A DNA stretch of 64,000 bases from Fistulifera solaris (taxonomy: Eukaryota), in the NCBI GenBank assembly GCA_030295235.1, contig AP026126.1, positions 1,426,001 through 1,490,000 of the forward strand, written 5' to 3'. Of the stretch, positions 32,836 through 45,932 are shown piece after piece; the stretch's first letter is position 1, and each line of letters opens with the position of its first letter. The notes beneath the pieces were generated by a model. That model worked only from the letters and a program-made list of their open reading frames with translations, was not told the DNA's origin and made no database searches. The position numbers and the translations under genes were made by a program.

Positions 32836-34143
32836 TTAGATCAGTAACAGAGCAGCCAAAGAGGCGCACGCGATGCGTCCCAAGGAAGGTAACATCGCCT
32901 CAGCACTGGAGAGGGATGCCGGATTGTCGCCGGCTGTAGGCGTTCCTGCCGGTGAATCATCCGTGATAGTTCCATCATTGTCGCTGAACTGTTCTGTGTA
33001 CGTTAGGATTTCGTCTGTCGCGGCAAAGCAGTTGCAGGTTTCGTTAAAGTCCTTTTGCCCACCAAAGACGTAAACGGTCTGAACGTCGTTGTAGCCGACC
33101 GCACTAAAGCGAAAGCGGTGACTGGGTAGATCCTCCATAAGCGTAACCCATTCATTTTCGTCTGCATGGAAGATTTCCAAGTCGTCAATTGCCAAAGTCT
33201 TTTCGCCAGGTTCTGGCGAATCCATCTCACAAATGCCAAGAACCGGACGTTCGCCGCCCATCGCAAATATATGATCACCTAGTGCCACAAGCGCTTTATC
33301 ACCGCGACCTTGATTGAGGTCAGCAACCTGAGTCCATGTGTCCGCAGCAAAGTCATACTTTTCAACGCTCACCAACGGCGCACAAAACTCATCAGCAGCA
33401 CCAAAGCCTCCCGTAACAATGGCCCCTGTGACAGGTGTACCAGGCAATGTGACGGCGGTGTGATCACCTCGAGGGAAAAGAAGTGGTGTTTTGTCAACAA
33501 TTGTAATGGATCCGGCCCCATCTTCGGCGATTGTGAAAACAGTTCCCTTGAACCCGTACGTCGCATCATATCCTCCAGCGACGTAAGCTACCTCACCGTT
33601 CGTAAAGGCAACGTTGTCGGAAGTTTGGTAGGCCTCCGGGATATCGTAAGTCGTCCATGTGTTTGACGCAATATCGTAGACCTGAAAAGAATGTAGTGAG
33701 ATATTCAGATCAGAAGGACACCATCTCAATGTTTTACAATACTTACATCGACAGTAGGCAAAAGCCCGTCCACGTCAACGTCTCTACCACCCACCAGCCA
33801 TATCTTTCCATTCACCGAAAGCAGCTCCGTGGCGGTAGCGAGCCACGGGTAGAGGAGCAAGCGTTTCGAAAGAGTTGGTATTACGATCAAAAGAGTAGAA
33901 GTCCGATGAACTGGAGGAACAAACGAAGGTAGAAATATCTTCAACGTAGACGTTTCCTTGTTCTGCATCGCAACCTCCGGCAATGTACACGAGTTGCGAG
34001 GATTCATCAAATGAAACGGAGAAATCACTCAATGGTTTCGGCAAGCGAGCACTCTCCAGCTTGGCGAATGTGAACCTAACGAGTTCTTCTTCGTGTGCGC
34101 ACACGACGCCGAGCGATAGCAGCGAAATTAACAGGAATCGCAT
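32836..34143 (-). CDS. Secreted Kelch-repeat beta-propeller, possibly GPI-anchored
   Basis: Signal peptide; repeated GG motifs (YIAGGC, WLVGGR, YVAGGY, VTGGF, AMGGE, VFGGQ); intron 33746-33682; frameshift at ~33818; S/T/P/D linker then hydrophobic C-terminal tail. Confidence 0.8.
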
Positions 34144-35258
34144 GATGACGTTAGTTGATACAATGGGTAAATCCCAGTTATGACGGATCAAATCAATGTG
34201 AAATGATTTGGTCGGCAACTTCATTATTTAGGGACAAAAAATAGGATTGGTTGCTATTTGCAGTACCAGGGTATGTGGCTACGGTACCGGTAGGCGGTCC
34301 GACGCTAATAAAAGGATCTTTGATACCAGGGGACAGGGGACAGGGGACCCTCTGTTTGGTGTTTGGTCCTTACAAAGTACAGAGACGTGAAGTGTGAAGT
34401 GCCCTCTGGCTTTTTACAGCTTTCTACTCAACCGTGCCACAATGTGTTCTGACTTTTGTCGTTATGTTTTGTGTTTCTGTTTCTGTGGCTTTCGGCGTCG
34501 GTGTCTCACACCTCACACCGACACCTGACACCAAGGGCTCACACTTCCACCTTCCACTTCGACCTTAAAAAACCTAAGCTAATAATCCGGAGTACCAATT
34601 AGTGCGTACCTTATTACCGTAGTAAAATGTAGAACTTCGGACCGTCCAAAATGAGACAATGAGACATTAGACTGATTGTTTTACTACTTCGCACATTAGA
34701 GTTGACGATTAAATACAATGTAGGTAAGTGCGCAAAGTGTGTCTCGTTTTATGTCGACAATGTCGAATGCAGATGGCATGTGGCACGAGGGACGAAGTTC
34801 AAAGACGTCAGACCTAGGTAGAGTTATACGTTACTCAGTATATTTTAGGATTCAGGATTTTATGTTGGGTGAATAAGTGAATACTCCAATGATTTTTACC
34901 ATGATCTATGATCGAGATCTATGGTCAATGGTCAATGATCCATAGCACGGTTCACAGTTCACAGTTCGCTCTTGTCCTCGATATTTCCTCACGGCTTCGA
35001 GAGTCATCAATTACCAACCTCTCTACCCTGGTACAGCTGTTTGCATAATGGTCCAGACTTCATGTAGGCTTCGTAGAATCCTACCACAACGGAATTGAGT
35101 CGCGGTCCGAAAACTCCTCCGCCCCGTTTCCATCGCGACAATTTTCGTGTTGTTTTAGACAACGCCGATCCTATCATTACATTGCTGATAACACACGCAG
35201 ACCGCTTTAGTCAGGCACGATCACAAGATATATTGTTCTTCTCTTTATTTAGCGTCGA

Positions 35259-36447
35259 TTGGTATATATATCGTGCCTGACTCGCAACATGTGGCTTCTC
35301 AAAATAGTCGCTGAAAGTTGGCACAAATTTGTCTGCAGTGACGACTTTGCTGACTATCAAGACAAATGGATCTGTGATGAGTATTTCTTTCAGATCCTGA
35401 GAGATCATCACCCAACACTTGAAAAAGAGCTTGGTTCAGCAAAGTTAACACGATCATTGTTGAATAAAGCTATTCCAAAGACTTTCGATTATTGTGATAA
35501 CATGGACAACGAAAAAGGTATTTTTCGGTTTCGTCAATACATGAAGTGCCCATTTGGAGAAAACGCAAACAACCGGCGTGTCATCTGGTTTTACATGGTG
35601 TCAAAATCAATAGTTCATGCGTCAATACCTACACCTGCCGTGATTAAACAAGCCCTCGAAAGCCGCAAACGGCGATCGACTCGCGTCGCACAGTCCAGCG
35701 AAGCTCAATTGTCAACCCTCTCAAAGGCTGCGTCGACAATGGAGAAGAGAAATCTGACAGGGATGACATGGTGGGTGATGAGGAAGATGTAGGTGTGGTG
35801 CGAGATGAAGAACTTGAAGCTATTCAAGTCTGCCCAGCTTGCCAAGGAACTTAATTACTGGAATAGTTCAAATGCAAAGAGACTGTTCTACTCCGATGCG
35901 GATAAAGCCAACGGAACGATTGACTGTAAAGATGTTATGCAGCGACGCATTGGGCATCTTCGTCAAGTTTCAATTGAGTTTGAAGGGTGGAAGTACATGG
36001 TTTACGGATGCGATCAAGATCACGCCATGTCTGAGTTTGCCATTCACAGGCTAAAGCAAAAATGCCAGTTGCTCTGCTATGCCTACATCTTTGCACTTGA
36101 CAATATGCCACAGAAATCATGGAGAGACTGCTGTCAACTAGCTGTTGACTTGTTGAATCCTGTGGGGGTGATTACTAAGGCCAGCACTTTGATGGACGCA
36201 AAGGATGGCTCAATCAACCAAAAGGTCTTCTCCAGATTTTGTGCGAGCGAGGGTTTATTGATTGTCGAGAGTTGAAAAAGTATACGGTGACTGGCAAAGT
36301 TGGAACAGATGGGAGAAGTCGATCACCTTGGTGCATTTGATGGCATCGTGCATCGATTTTGCTAGGGAAAAGACACAATTGGAGACAATTGGCGAGCGAC
36401 TTGGCATTACTGTCTATACAACGCCAAAATACCATGTGTACCAGTAG
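35259..36447 (+). pseudogene. Decayed, internally deleted DDE (IS630/Tc1/mariner-like) transposase
   Basis: Broken frames. GWLNQPKGLLQILCERGFID (36203-36262) and DFAREKTQLETIGERLGITVYTTPKYH resemble the segment preceding the catalytic Glu. That Glu and the upstream Asp region are missing. Confidence 0.6.
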
Positions 36448-36859
36448 AGACTCCATCTCACAACCAATTTTTCTTTCTAACTTTTAATAACCCATGAAAT
36501 CGGGATTGTATGTTGGATTCAATCATGGAACGGCACTCACTCCATTAAAATCTTTTGGATATTTGCTACCTGGAGAGGTCTATTTTTTTTTATAGAAGGC
36601 AATGACTTAAGTGAAGCTGCTACCCCAGTATGCATCGGTCAAATGTCTTGAATGCTCTAATATTCCGATTTTATACCCACCATTGCAGCAAGAAAGACCT
36701 CGGGGACTGGAATATGTTTGTGCAGACGCTGCTGCCTCTTTAGATAGTGGCTTTCTTCCAAAATATCTCCGCTTTAAAGCTGAAAAGCTAATCTGTTGAT
36801 AACTTTACAGACCCACAGCTAATACGTATGCTTACTACTTTTCCAGAAATAATCTCTTT

Positions 36860-38038
36860 CTATTTCTCTATTTCAATCACCAATGGATCGTACTTGTCAT
36901 AAATGCTTTCTACATAGCCCTGAGGCGGCGTCTTGCTCCCCACCACAATCTCCCAATCCTTCAAAAACGACATTTTTCTTCTCGGGCCCTCCTCGCGCCT
37001 TGTACTGCTCAAAGTACCATTCCTTCATGTCATCTTTCAATTTGTGCGTGGGACCACTCCATCCCAACAACTCCTTGGCTTTATCGGGCGCGACATAGAA
37101 ATCGGTGTCGCGAAATGGAAATTTGGTCTTGTCAAAAGTTCGGCATCGTAAAATTCCGTTTCATATTTTTCAGTGGCAGCAGCTTCGGCACAAATGTCGG
37201 CAACTTCTTTGTACGAAACGAGTTGGTCGGTGCCGCAATTGAAGAATCGTTGTTGTTTGGCGGCTTCTTCATTGTTCAACACGGAAGCCAGCAAGGAGGC
37301 GACATCGCGAGCGTGTGTAAGACTCACTAGCTGCGATCCATCACCCGGAATCGGAACGGGTAATTCGCGTACCAATCGATCCAAGAAGTAATCGAGGTAA
37401 TCGTTCTTGTTGGCTTTAGGGCCGTAGATGTATTGGGGTCGAAAGGAGACATAGGGTAAACTCAATTCAATCGCTTTCTGATCAAATAAGTTTTGGTCGG
37501 CGGTTTCTTTGACGGGTGTATCTTCTGGCATGGGAAATATGCCTTGCGGCTTGTACATGCCGGCGGAACTGACGTAGGTGTAGAGCGTGACATTCCACGC
37601 CGCCGCACATTCGAGCAAAGCCAACGCGCTACCCGTCGGTTTCTTACTATTATTATCCCAAATATAATCAAAGCGTGCATCACGTCCACCCAACATGCCT
37701 TGCATTTGGAATCGATCGCATTCGGCCGACAGTGGTGCCTTCATAACCGTGACGCCGCGCAAATCGGGAAAATACGAACAAAATGGTTCCGCTTCATCGT
37801 CACAAGCGTCGTCTTGCAAAATAGTTACCGAAGTAATTTTGGGATGATCTTGCAGTAATTGCGCTAAATGGTATCCGATTTCACCGTGTCCGCCACCTTT
37901 GTTTTGTACAATAAGAGCCGAGCTGTACAACTGCGTTGTGAACGTCCGCGTTTGAGGTACGACGAAAGCGGTAGCGACAACACTCCATCCCAACAAAGTC
38001 AATACTTTGACGAGTGAGTTATTTGTTGATGCAGTCAT
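36860..38038 (-). CDS. CSP41A: Chloroplast stem-loop RNA-binding protein CSP41a (epimerase/SDR fold)
   Basis: ATA-FVV presequence; ALIVQNKGGGHGEIGY, YVSSAGMY, FRPQYIYGP, PVPIPGDGSQ. Homopolymer frameshifts at ~37135 and ~36975. Confidence 0.85.
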
Positions 38039-38467
38039 CTTGTAAACAGAGCGTTACGATGAAGGACGATTAACGATAATGAATAAGGATCGTCGCTGGC
38101 TTCATTATTATTTTTTGTATTGTTTGTTGTCGTTTTCGGCGAGCGAGCGTACGTCACTCTTCGGTCACGGGTGATCGTGACTCATTGATTTTCTTCGTTG
38201 AAGTTTTCATGGCGCGAAAGACACGCACCTCCCAGTAAAAAAAAACAAAAACCGACGAGGCATGCCAATCATCAAGAAAAAAAAAACGGACCGTCAGCAT
38301 TCCATCCATTCTTCCTCGTTCTCAACATCGACAAGCTCTTCAAGGAGTAGTGAACGGATAATATAGTATCTTTCTATATTTAAAGAGAACCATTGGCGGT
38401 AACCCTTCTGGCTCGCACAGTCTCGTTCATTCAATTAGATCGGATTACTTCTCAAACAAACATCAAG

Positions 38468-40273
38468 ATGAAAACATCAACATCAGGGTTCGCTTCTTCC
38501 GCTACTCTATTAGTAATTCTAGCCTCGCTTAGTACAACAAATGGCTTTTCCGCTATTACGGCTTCTTCCCTTGCTTCTAAAACATCCACTGCACTTTACG
38601 CGGAAAATGCCGAATTACTGAGTCTCCCCGCGCGTCCGGGACGTCCCCTAAAAGTCGCCATTGCCGGTGGAGGCGTCGGTGGCTTAACAGCCGCACTGTG
38701 CTGCTTGAAGAAAGGCATGGATGTAACAATCTACGAAAAGACACAAGCATTCGCTCGCTTTGGTGGACCCATCCAATTCGCTTCGAATGCCTTGAGTACT
38801 CTCAAAGAAATTGATGAGACCGTCTTTGAGCGTGTCATGGAAAAATTCACTTTTACGGGTACGCGTGTGTGTGGTATTAAAGATGGATTGCGAGCGGATG
38901 GAACCTTTCGTATGACGGATGATAGTTGGGATTTTTTAATCAACAAAGATGCTCCTCCGGATTGGTTTGTCAAGTTTCCTCTCAAGGTGAGTTGCGTCGA
39001 AGAATTGTTGTCTTCAGTTGTTTTGAAGAGCCGCCCATTCCTGACACACACACACACACTGCGAAATCGATAGCAATGTGCCGATCTCTTCGGCTTACCG
39101 TATACCGGTGTCATCGATCGTCCCGATTTGCAAGAAATTCTGTTGGACGAATGCAAGAAGCGTGACGAAGGGTTCATTGAAAATGGGAACGCCGTCGTTG
39201 GCTACGAGAATCTACCCGATGGTAAAGGAGTGACCATTCAGTTGCAGGACGGTTCTTCTGCACACGCTGATGTCTTGATTGGAGCCGATGGAATCTGGTC
39301 CAACGTACGTGCGCAAATGTACAAGGAAGACCGATCCAATGTAGAAGGAGCGTCAGTCCGACAGGGATGTCCCTATTCAGGATACACGGTGTTTGCCGGA
39401 GAGACTATTATGCGCAAACCAGATTATTATGATACAGGATATGTGGTATACATTGGACCCAAACGATACTTTGTGACAAGTGATGTAGGAAATGGACGTA
39501 TTCAGTGGTATGCATTTTTGCTCTCCCACCGGGCACCAAAAAAAGCACCGAGTGGATGGGGCGGTACGGAGGGGAGGATTTCGGATGAAAATTTGGTAGA
39601 GTACATCAAAGGATTGCACGAAGGATGGACGGATGAAATTATGCAGGTCTTGGATGCAACACCACCCGAGTCCGTGGAACAGCGTGATCTGTACGATCGT
39701 CGACCTGAACTCTTTCGTAGCTGGGCCGACGGGAACGTTGTATTGATGGGAGACGCTGTACACGCAATGATGCCCAACTTGGGACAAGGCGGTTGTCAAG
39801 CGATCGAAGATGCCTACGTCTTGTCGGAATTGCTCGCCAACACCAAGTCGACCGACAAACTTCCGGCGACGTTGCAAACATTTTACAATAAACGTTTACT
39901 CCGTGTTTCGACTGTGCAGTTTATGTCGAAGCTAGCGTCAGATCTCATCATTAATGCGTTCGACACACCCTGGAGTCCGCACGACAATTTGGGCAAGAGC
40001 TGGAAGAGTTACTTGACTTTCTTCTGGAAACCGATCCTTCAATATCTGATATTCCCCGCTCAGTTCGCGTATCTTTACAGCTACCACCCGACCGGGAACA
40101 TTGCCGAGACAGCGAAAGCTCTCGCAGAAACCTGGGAGACAAGACACCGTGACGGGGCAGAAGCTGCCTTTAGTCGGGTAGAAAAAGGAGAGCAAGTCAA
40201 GGCTTCAGGTCCTTCTTTCTTTCAAAAGTTTAAAGACAACGATAAAGTGGAGGAGAAATCCGTTGCTTTATAA
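38468..40273 (+). CDS. ZEP: Zeaxanthin epoxidase family FAD monooxygenase (probably ZEP2-type)
   Basis: VAIAGGGVGGL, GGPIQFASNAL, GVIDRPDLQEIL, GADGIWS, GDAVHAMMPNLGQGGCQAIEDA. Intron 38987-39073. Compensating indels at ~39517 and ~39540. Confidence 0.92.
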
Positions 40274-40495
40274 AAGGGCACAGCATTGCTAAATGAAAAG
40301 AGTATTTAAGTTGCTATTACTCTAAGTACTAACTGATTACTCGGAGTATTTAACAGCTAGCTAGTGGAGCCTGAAAGACACGGATGTTCCGTTTTTCCGG
40401 GACTGAAACGAATTTGGGTCGGAGTTTCCTCAAGAGTTCTCTTTACGCTATAGTAACAATCGATGCCTTTTCAAAAACGAAAAATCAGGGAGCGG

Positions 40496-40560
40496 CGTTA
40501 AAATTCTGCCTCGTCGTAGACGCTACGTAGAGTCTGGTACTGGGAGGCAGAATTTTAACG
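40496..40560. repeat. 65-bp hairpin with perfect 17-bp arms
   Basis: CGTTAAAATTCTGCCTC (40496-40512) and GAGGCAGAATTTTAACG (40544-40560); inner AGAC-g-CTAC|GTAG-a-GTCT is also palindromic. Confidence 0.9.
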
Positions 40561-40709
40561 TCCTTTCCAGACGTTCCAGTACCGCTACTGGTACCGTTAC
40601 CATTGTTTTTCACAGAAAATGATCGCAATCAGGATCTTTCTCCATCACACCATGACAATGTTGACGCCATTTGAAACACATAATACTGCGATATGATCAC
40701 TTTTTCACA

Positions 40710-42011
40710 ATGCCTTTCTCAACACGTCTTCTCATCTTACTGCTAAGCTTTCACGTGGAGCCCGGACTCTCGTTTCAAGCCATTCAAGGCGCTAATACGA
40801 GACACGCATGTTCCGTGAGATTGCCTCGCCTTGTGTTGCTTCAAGAGATAACACAACCCAACCATCCCGAACCTAAAACGACTTCACGTTCAGCTTGGAA
40901 CGCGTTCCTACAAAATCTCTGGAAAGGAGTCACGTTGCCTTTTCCGGCGTTAAGAAAACTCGTTCAGACGCCTGATGGCAACTCGCTCCCAATATCCTTC
41001 GGCATGTCATTGCGCGAAGGATTTCTTTACGTGCTGGCCTATTTAGCGACCGGTGTGTTTGCGTATACGGTTGTGCTTGAAAAGTGGTCGGTAGTAGATG
41101 CTTTATACTTTTCTTGTGTTACTTTCTCGACTGTTGGATACGGGGATCTGTGCCCGTCGACACCGCAATCCAAACTGTTTACGTGTGTCTTTGGATTGTG
41201 TGGCATTGCCTTTCTGGGGGCGGCGATAGCCACCATTGGGGGCGAGTCATTCAAGCCGAAGTAGAAGCTGTTCAGGAAGCTCGACAGCGTTCTAAGAAGC
41301 GTTTGGCGAAAATATTCGAAGGCATGCCTGCGGTGTTGAAAAGGCATCGACACAAGAATCATATCGAGCAACGACAAGCAGTACAAAAGGCACAAACGCG
41401 TATGCGACGAACTCTAGAAGAGTACAAAGCAGGAAGATGGGTTACCACTATAGCACAGCTAGTCCGACGAGTCCTTCCTTCTTTATTCATCATCTTTGGA
41501 GGAAGTGCTTTGGTGCACCACTTGAACGGTCACTCTCGGTGGTTCTCCTTGGATTCGATTTATCTAGGTCTCATTACGGCATCGACTATTGGCTTTGGTG
41601 ATTTTTTCTCCTCAGACAAAGTGGGCTCGCCTGCTGGCAGTGGTGTATATACCCTTGTCGGTTGCTGCGGCAGGGGACTTGTTTTCGGGACTGGCAAATG
41701 CTTTGCTCGTACGACGCCAACGAGAAGTGTTCGTTCACCAGCTGGAAAAGGATCTGACTATTAAACACTTACAGGCTATGGATGTAGATGGCGATGGCAA
41801 GATCACCAGAGAAGAATATGTGCAGTTCATGCTTATCGAAATGGGCTTGGTCTCGGCGGAAGAATTCAAAGAATTAGCAGAACAATTTGAACGATTGGAT
41901 GTCACTAAATCTGGGTATCTCGACAATGATGACTTGAAGCTCATGGCTGAACTCCGTGGTGCGACGGTTAAGGGATCGCCAGAGAAAGACAGAAACAATC
42001 TAGGGACATGA
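40710..42011 (+). CDS. Two-pore-domain K+ channel (TPK/KCO type) with two EF-hands
   Basis: Pore 1 TFSTVGYGD; pore 2 TASTIGFGD; EF loops DVDGDGKITREE and DVTKSGYLDNDD. Frameshifts at ~41240 and ~41605. Confidence 0.88.
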
Positions 42012-42501
42012 AGTCTCAAAAGTTAAGCTACGCGCTGTATTGAGTATATACTTGATCACAGCTCTACATGGTGTAGCGTGTTATTTGTATGAATTATCGA
42101 TGTCTTTTCATTGCATTTTTAGCTAGATTGGAGATAGAGTGACGAAAAAGTCTTCATCCCAACTTACTCGTGTTTCAATGTGTAAGACGAAACACACGAC
42201 TGGCGCAACGTCATCACGCGTTTGGTTGTTCTGCGGATGACGGTGAAATGTGAATTTTGCGCCCGCAACTCGCCCGCGTTTCTGTTTCAACACTTCCAAT
42301 ATTATCGTCATGAGTCGTCATGACCAATACTTCTTATCAAACCATTAGCCACAAGCACAGAATCGGTAATCAGACTTCTCCCCGTCAATCCAAGAAAGAC
42401 GGTTGCAAAGTCGCTCTACTTCTTTTGCTTTACTCGTAGCGGCGGCCGATTCATTGTCGATCACTATTAAGCCCGTTCGAGCAACATCTATCAATACTTT
42501 C

Positions 42502-43575
42502 ATGTGTAAACAAGACACTACCCCCTCAACGAGCCCCGACTTTACCATTGGTCTTCTAGCCGATATTCAATATGCCCCGATTCCCGATGGTTTCTCATAC
42601 GGCGGCAAACCTCGGTATTACCGAAACGCTCTGCAAGTGGCGAAAGTCGCTGCGCAACACTTTCAGGACGAACGAGTTCCTCTTGTGGTCAATTTAGGCG
42701 ATATTGTGGATGGGAAATGTCAAGAAATTCAGGATAATTCGCATGTTACGGTCGACCCGGGCCATGTGGCATTGAGTCATGTCATGGACGCACTTTCGGC
42801 GTACCAAGATGGGCCCATACTACATGCTTACGGAAATCACTGTTTGTACAACTTGGATCGGCCTTTTTTGCAGACAAAGCTCGGAATTCCGTTTGTGCAA
42901 GAACCATGTGGTGATTGGGTAGGATACTTCTCGCATTGCTTTCAAAAGTATCGATTTATAATATTAGATTCGTACGACATTGCGAAGCATCGGAGATGCA
43001 AAACGACTTCGCAAAAATACAAGGAAGCGGTAAGCATATTATCGCAAAACAATCCAAATTATCCTCATGCAGAGAATTCTCCGGAAGGATTAAAAGGTTT
43101 GGATATGCGTTTTGTTGCCTTTAACGGTGCTGTAGGCCCTCTTCAATTAGAATGGCTCAATCAACAGCTTCAAGAATGTCGCGACAAAGAAGAAACTGCC
43201 GTCATCCTTAGTCATCAACCCATTCTTCCCGGTTCTAGTAGTCCTGTCTGTCTCATTTGGAACTACGATCAAGTGCTAGATATATTAAGATCAAATGCTG
43301 ACGTTGTTGCCGCATCATTTTGTGGACATGCGCATAAGGGCTCGTATAAAAGAGATGTCGTGAGCGGCATCCATTTTCGAGTTTTTGAAGCTGCATTAGA
43401 AAACCTGGACAAAACATACGCGATGATTGATTTTTATTCCGATCGTATACATGTGAGAGGATATGGCAGCTGCGAGTCTGCCGTGTACGACATAGATCAT
43501 CTACCAGTACGGAAGAAGATTTCATTGATTGAAAGAGAGCAAATTGAGCGTTCAAAAGGAACAATAGAGGCCTGA
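42502..43575 (+). CDS. ADPRM: Mn-dependent ADP-ribose/CDP-alcohol diphosphatase
   Basis: ADIQYA, RYYRNAL, NLGDIVDG, GNHCLYN, FNGAVG..QLEWL, SHQP, GHAH. Confidence 0.88.
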   Translation: MCKQDTTPSTSPDFTIGLLADIQYAPIPDGFSYGGKPRYYRNALQVAKVAAQHFQDERVPLVVNLGDIVDGKCQEIQDNSHVTVDPGHVALSHVMDALSAYQDGPILHAYGNHCLYNLDRPFLQTKLGIPFVQEPCGDWVGYFSHCFQKYRFIILDSYDIAKHRRCKTTSQKYKEAVSILSQNNPNYPHAENSPEGLKGLDMRFVAFNGAVGPLQLEWLNQQLQECRDKEETAVILSHQPILPGSSSPVCLIWNYDQVLDILRSNADVVAASFCGHAHKGSYKRDVVSGIHFRVFEAALENLDKTYAMIDFYSDRIHVRGYGSCESAVYDIDHLPVRKKISLIEREQIERSKGTIEA

Positions 43576-44290
43576 AATTCCTGTATATATTTGGTGCATT
43601 GATAAATTTTGTTTACCAGTTTTATTCGTAGTCCAATTCTAAACGCTCGTTAGACTAAACAAAATGTGAGAGACTCAGCGTCTGTACATCATGCCGTGAC
43701 GATTCACGGACGAAATTCATCAAGATAATGCTTACCTGGTATATGATTGGCTAATAGTACGTAAATGCTCTATCAGAAATGCTCTATTTATTGCTATAAA
43801 CCGAGCGCAACAAAGTGAACAAGAGAGACTAAGACGAAGTCGTAGCTCGTAGCTCGTAGCAAAGTTATTCGTGCCTCGTGATTGAAATTCCCGTCAGTGA
43901 AAAACGGACAACATTTTGGACCTATAGTAATTTTCAATAAAAGATTCACGAGCAACTGCGAAGCGGGCTGATTCATTCAGAGATAGATTGCAATTACACT
44001 GAATCGATATTCTACACTATACATATTATTTCATTTGTAGCTCCGACAGGGTGTAGCAGTAGCAGAATAATCATCATTTTTGCCCTTGACAGTTCACGGT
44101 TTACAGTCAAATAATATAAGTACCGGGAGATGTCGTTCGGACATTTCAGCGGTGTTCGTTTTCCTACTCAAAAAAATCGCTTCCATCTATCGTTCTCTCC
44201 GCACGTTGCATGTTGCTGCGTTATTGATGTGAAAGAATAATCATTACTCCGGAGTATTTATGCTATACCTTATCAAAAGAAACAAGCACC

Positions 44291-45326
44291 ATGGATTCCT
44301 GGTTTAACATCGACTCGCTGAAAAGCTTGACGGAGAAGGTCAACGCGGAATCAATCAAGGAATTCACTGAAAGAGTGCAGAGTGCATTGCCCAAGATAGA
44401 TGACAGTCTCATTGAGAAATTGACTTTAACCTCACCGGAATTGGCGGAGGAGAGGCGCCAGATTGATAACGAAGAACGAGCTAAGGAGGCTTGTAGAAAT
44501 TCTTTAGCTGGTTTACTGCCTTGGGAAACACGAGACCCTGACCGCGACATCTTAGTAGACGAATGTCGTGACGCCATCCTCAAATTAAGTCGTGATCGCA
44601 GCACTTTTTCAGGTCCGTACCCAATGCCTAAGTCTAAAATCTCTGCTGTAGACAATGAACAAAGTAACGAATCACACGACAACAACGAACCGTCTCAAGA
44701 ATCCAAAGAAAAGCTGGAAAAGTTGGAACCTCTGCCAAAACACTTACAAAATTTTAGTCTGGACGCGCACGTTGGACTTATTGAGCGACTTTTGAAAGAA
44801 GACCCCAATTTGGTCAAGGTGCAGATGTCACTTTCAGGTACGCGCTTTTTATTCATGTGCCTCAGTCAGCTGCTAGCTCGACCTTCTCACTCTTCTCTCT
44901 TCATTCGCAACAGCCGGTGGTGAGCGTGAACGGACGTTTTGGAGAAATTATTTCTTTCATTGTGCCTATACACGATATGAGGCGGGTCTCAGTATTGACG
45001 AAATATGGTCCGATGATCCTCTCGTATTCGTTAGTCCGATACCGACAGATTTGCCGGGCGAGAACGACGAAGAGACCATTATTTTCCAGGAGACGGTGAA
45101 TGTCAAAGACATGAACGAGCCCAAGAGCGACCAACCTAAACCTGCGAGCCATGATGCGGAAAGCAATGTCTCTGATGTCGACGTACCGTCGGACCGTAAT
45201 GATTTCGAAATGGTTGGGGAAACGGAAGGGGATCACACTCCTTCGAATGATGGTGACGACGATGATCTCGCCAATTATGAACTCGACGAGTTGGAGGCCG
45301 AGATTGCACGTGAACTAGAAGACTAG
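44291..45326 (+). CDS. BSD-domain protein
   Basis: Intron 44838-44913 joins LLKEDPNLVKVQMSLS to AGGERERTFWRNYFFH (BSD FW/YF motif); acidic tail. Confidence 0.8.
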
Positions 45327-45932
45327 TTGCAGAACGTAGATTTATTTCTTTGTATTTTAATTATTTGTGTGTGGAAATCAGGTGGTTGCAAAATGACACC
45401 ACTACATCAATAAGAATTACTTTTCAACTCAGCATACATTAATTCAACATTCAGCTTCATGAAATGTGACATATTTGAGGTTTGGGAATGTTCAGCTAGC
45501 CTTGATGAACGTCGACCGAACACATAGGAAGAGCGTTGCTAAACACAATAATCTAAGGCACTGGTACCTTGTACTGGTACGGTGCCGTACCGTACTGTAC
45601 CGTGGCGCGATCATGATGGCGCGAACATGGCGTGAACGCCGGCCTTCGCGTTTAGATAGACCGGCAGACAGACTTTTAGAGGGACAGTGTACATTATACT
45701 ATCAGATTCACTATCAGGGAGAGACTTACGGTGCCCGCGACAACCGCATCCACCATACATCACATCCAACCACACAAAAGATAGCGACCAATCGATCGAT
45801 TGTTTGAAACGGATACGGCAAATCAGATTCACCTCTCCTTATACTGCTGCATTTGCAATTGAAAGCGTTGTCTTTTATTGATCAGACAGCGCTTAAGACT
45901 CAAGACAAAGATACTGAATACAAAGTGGCGAG

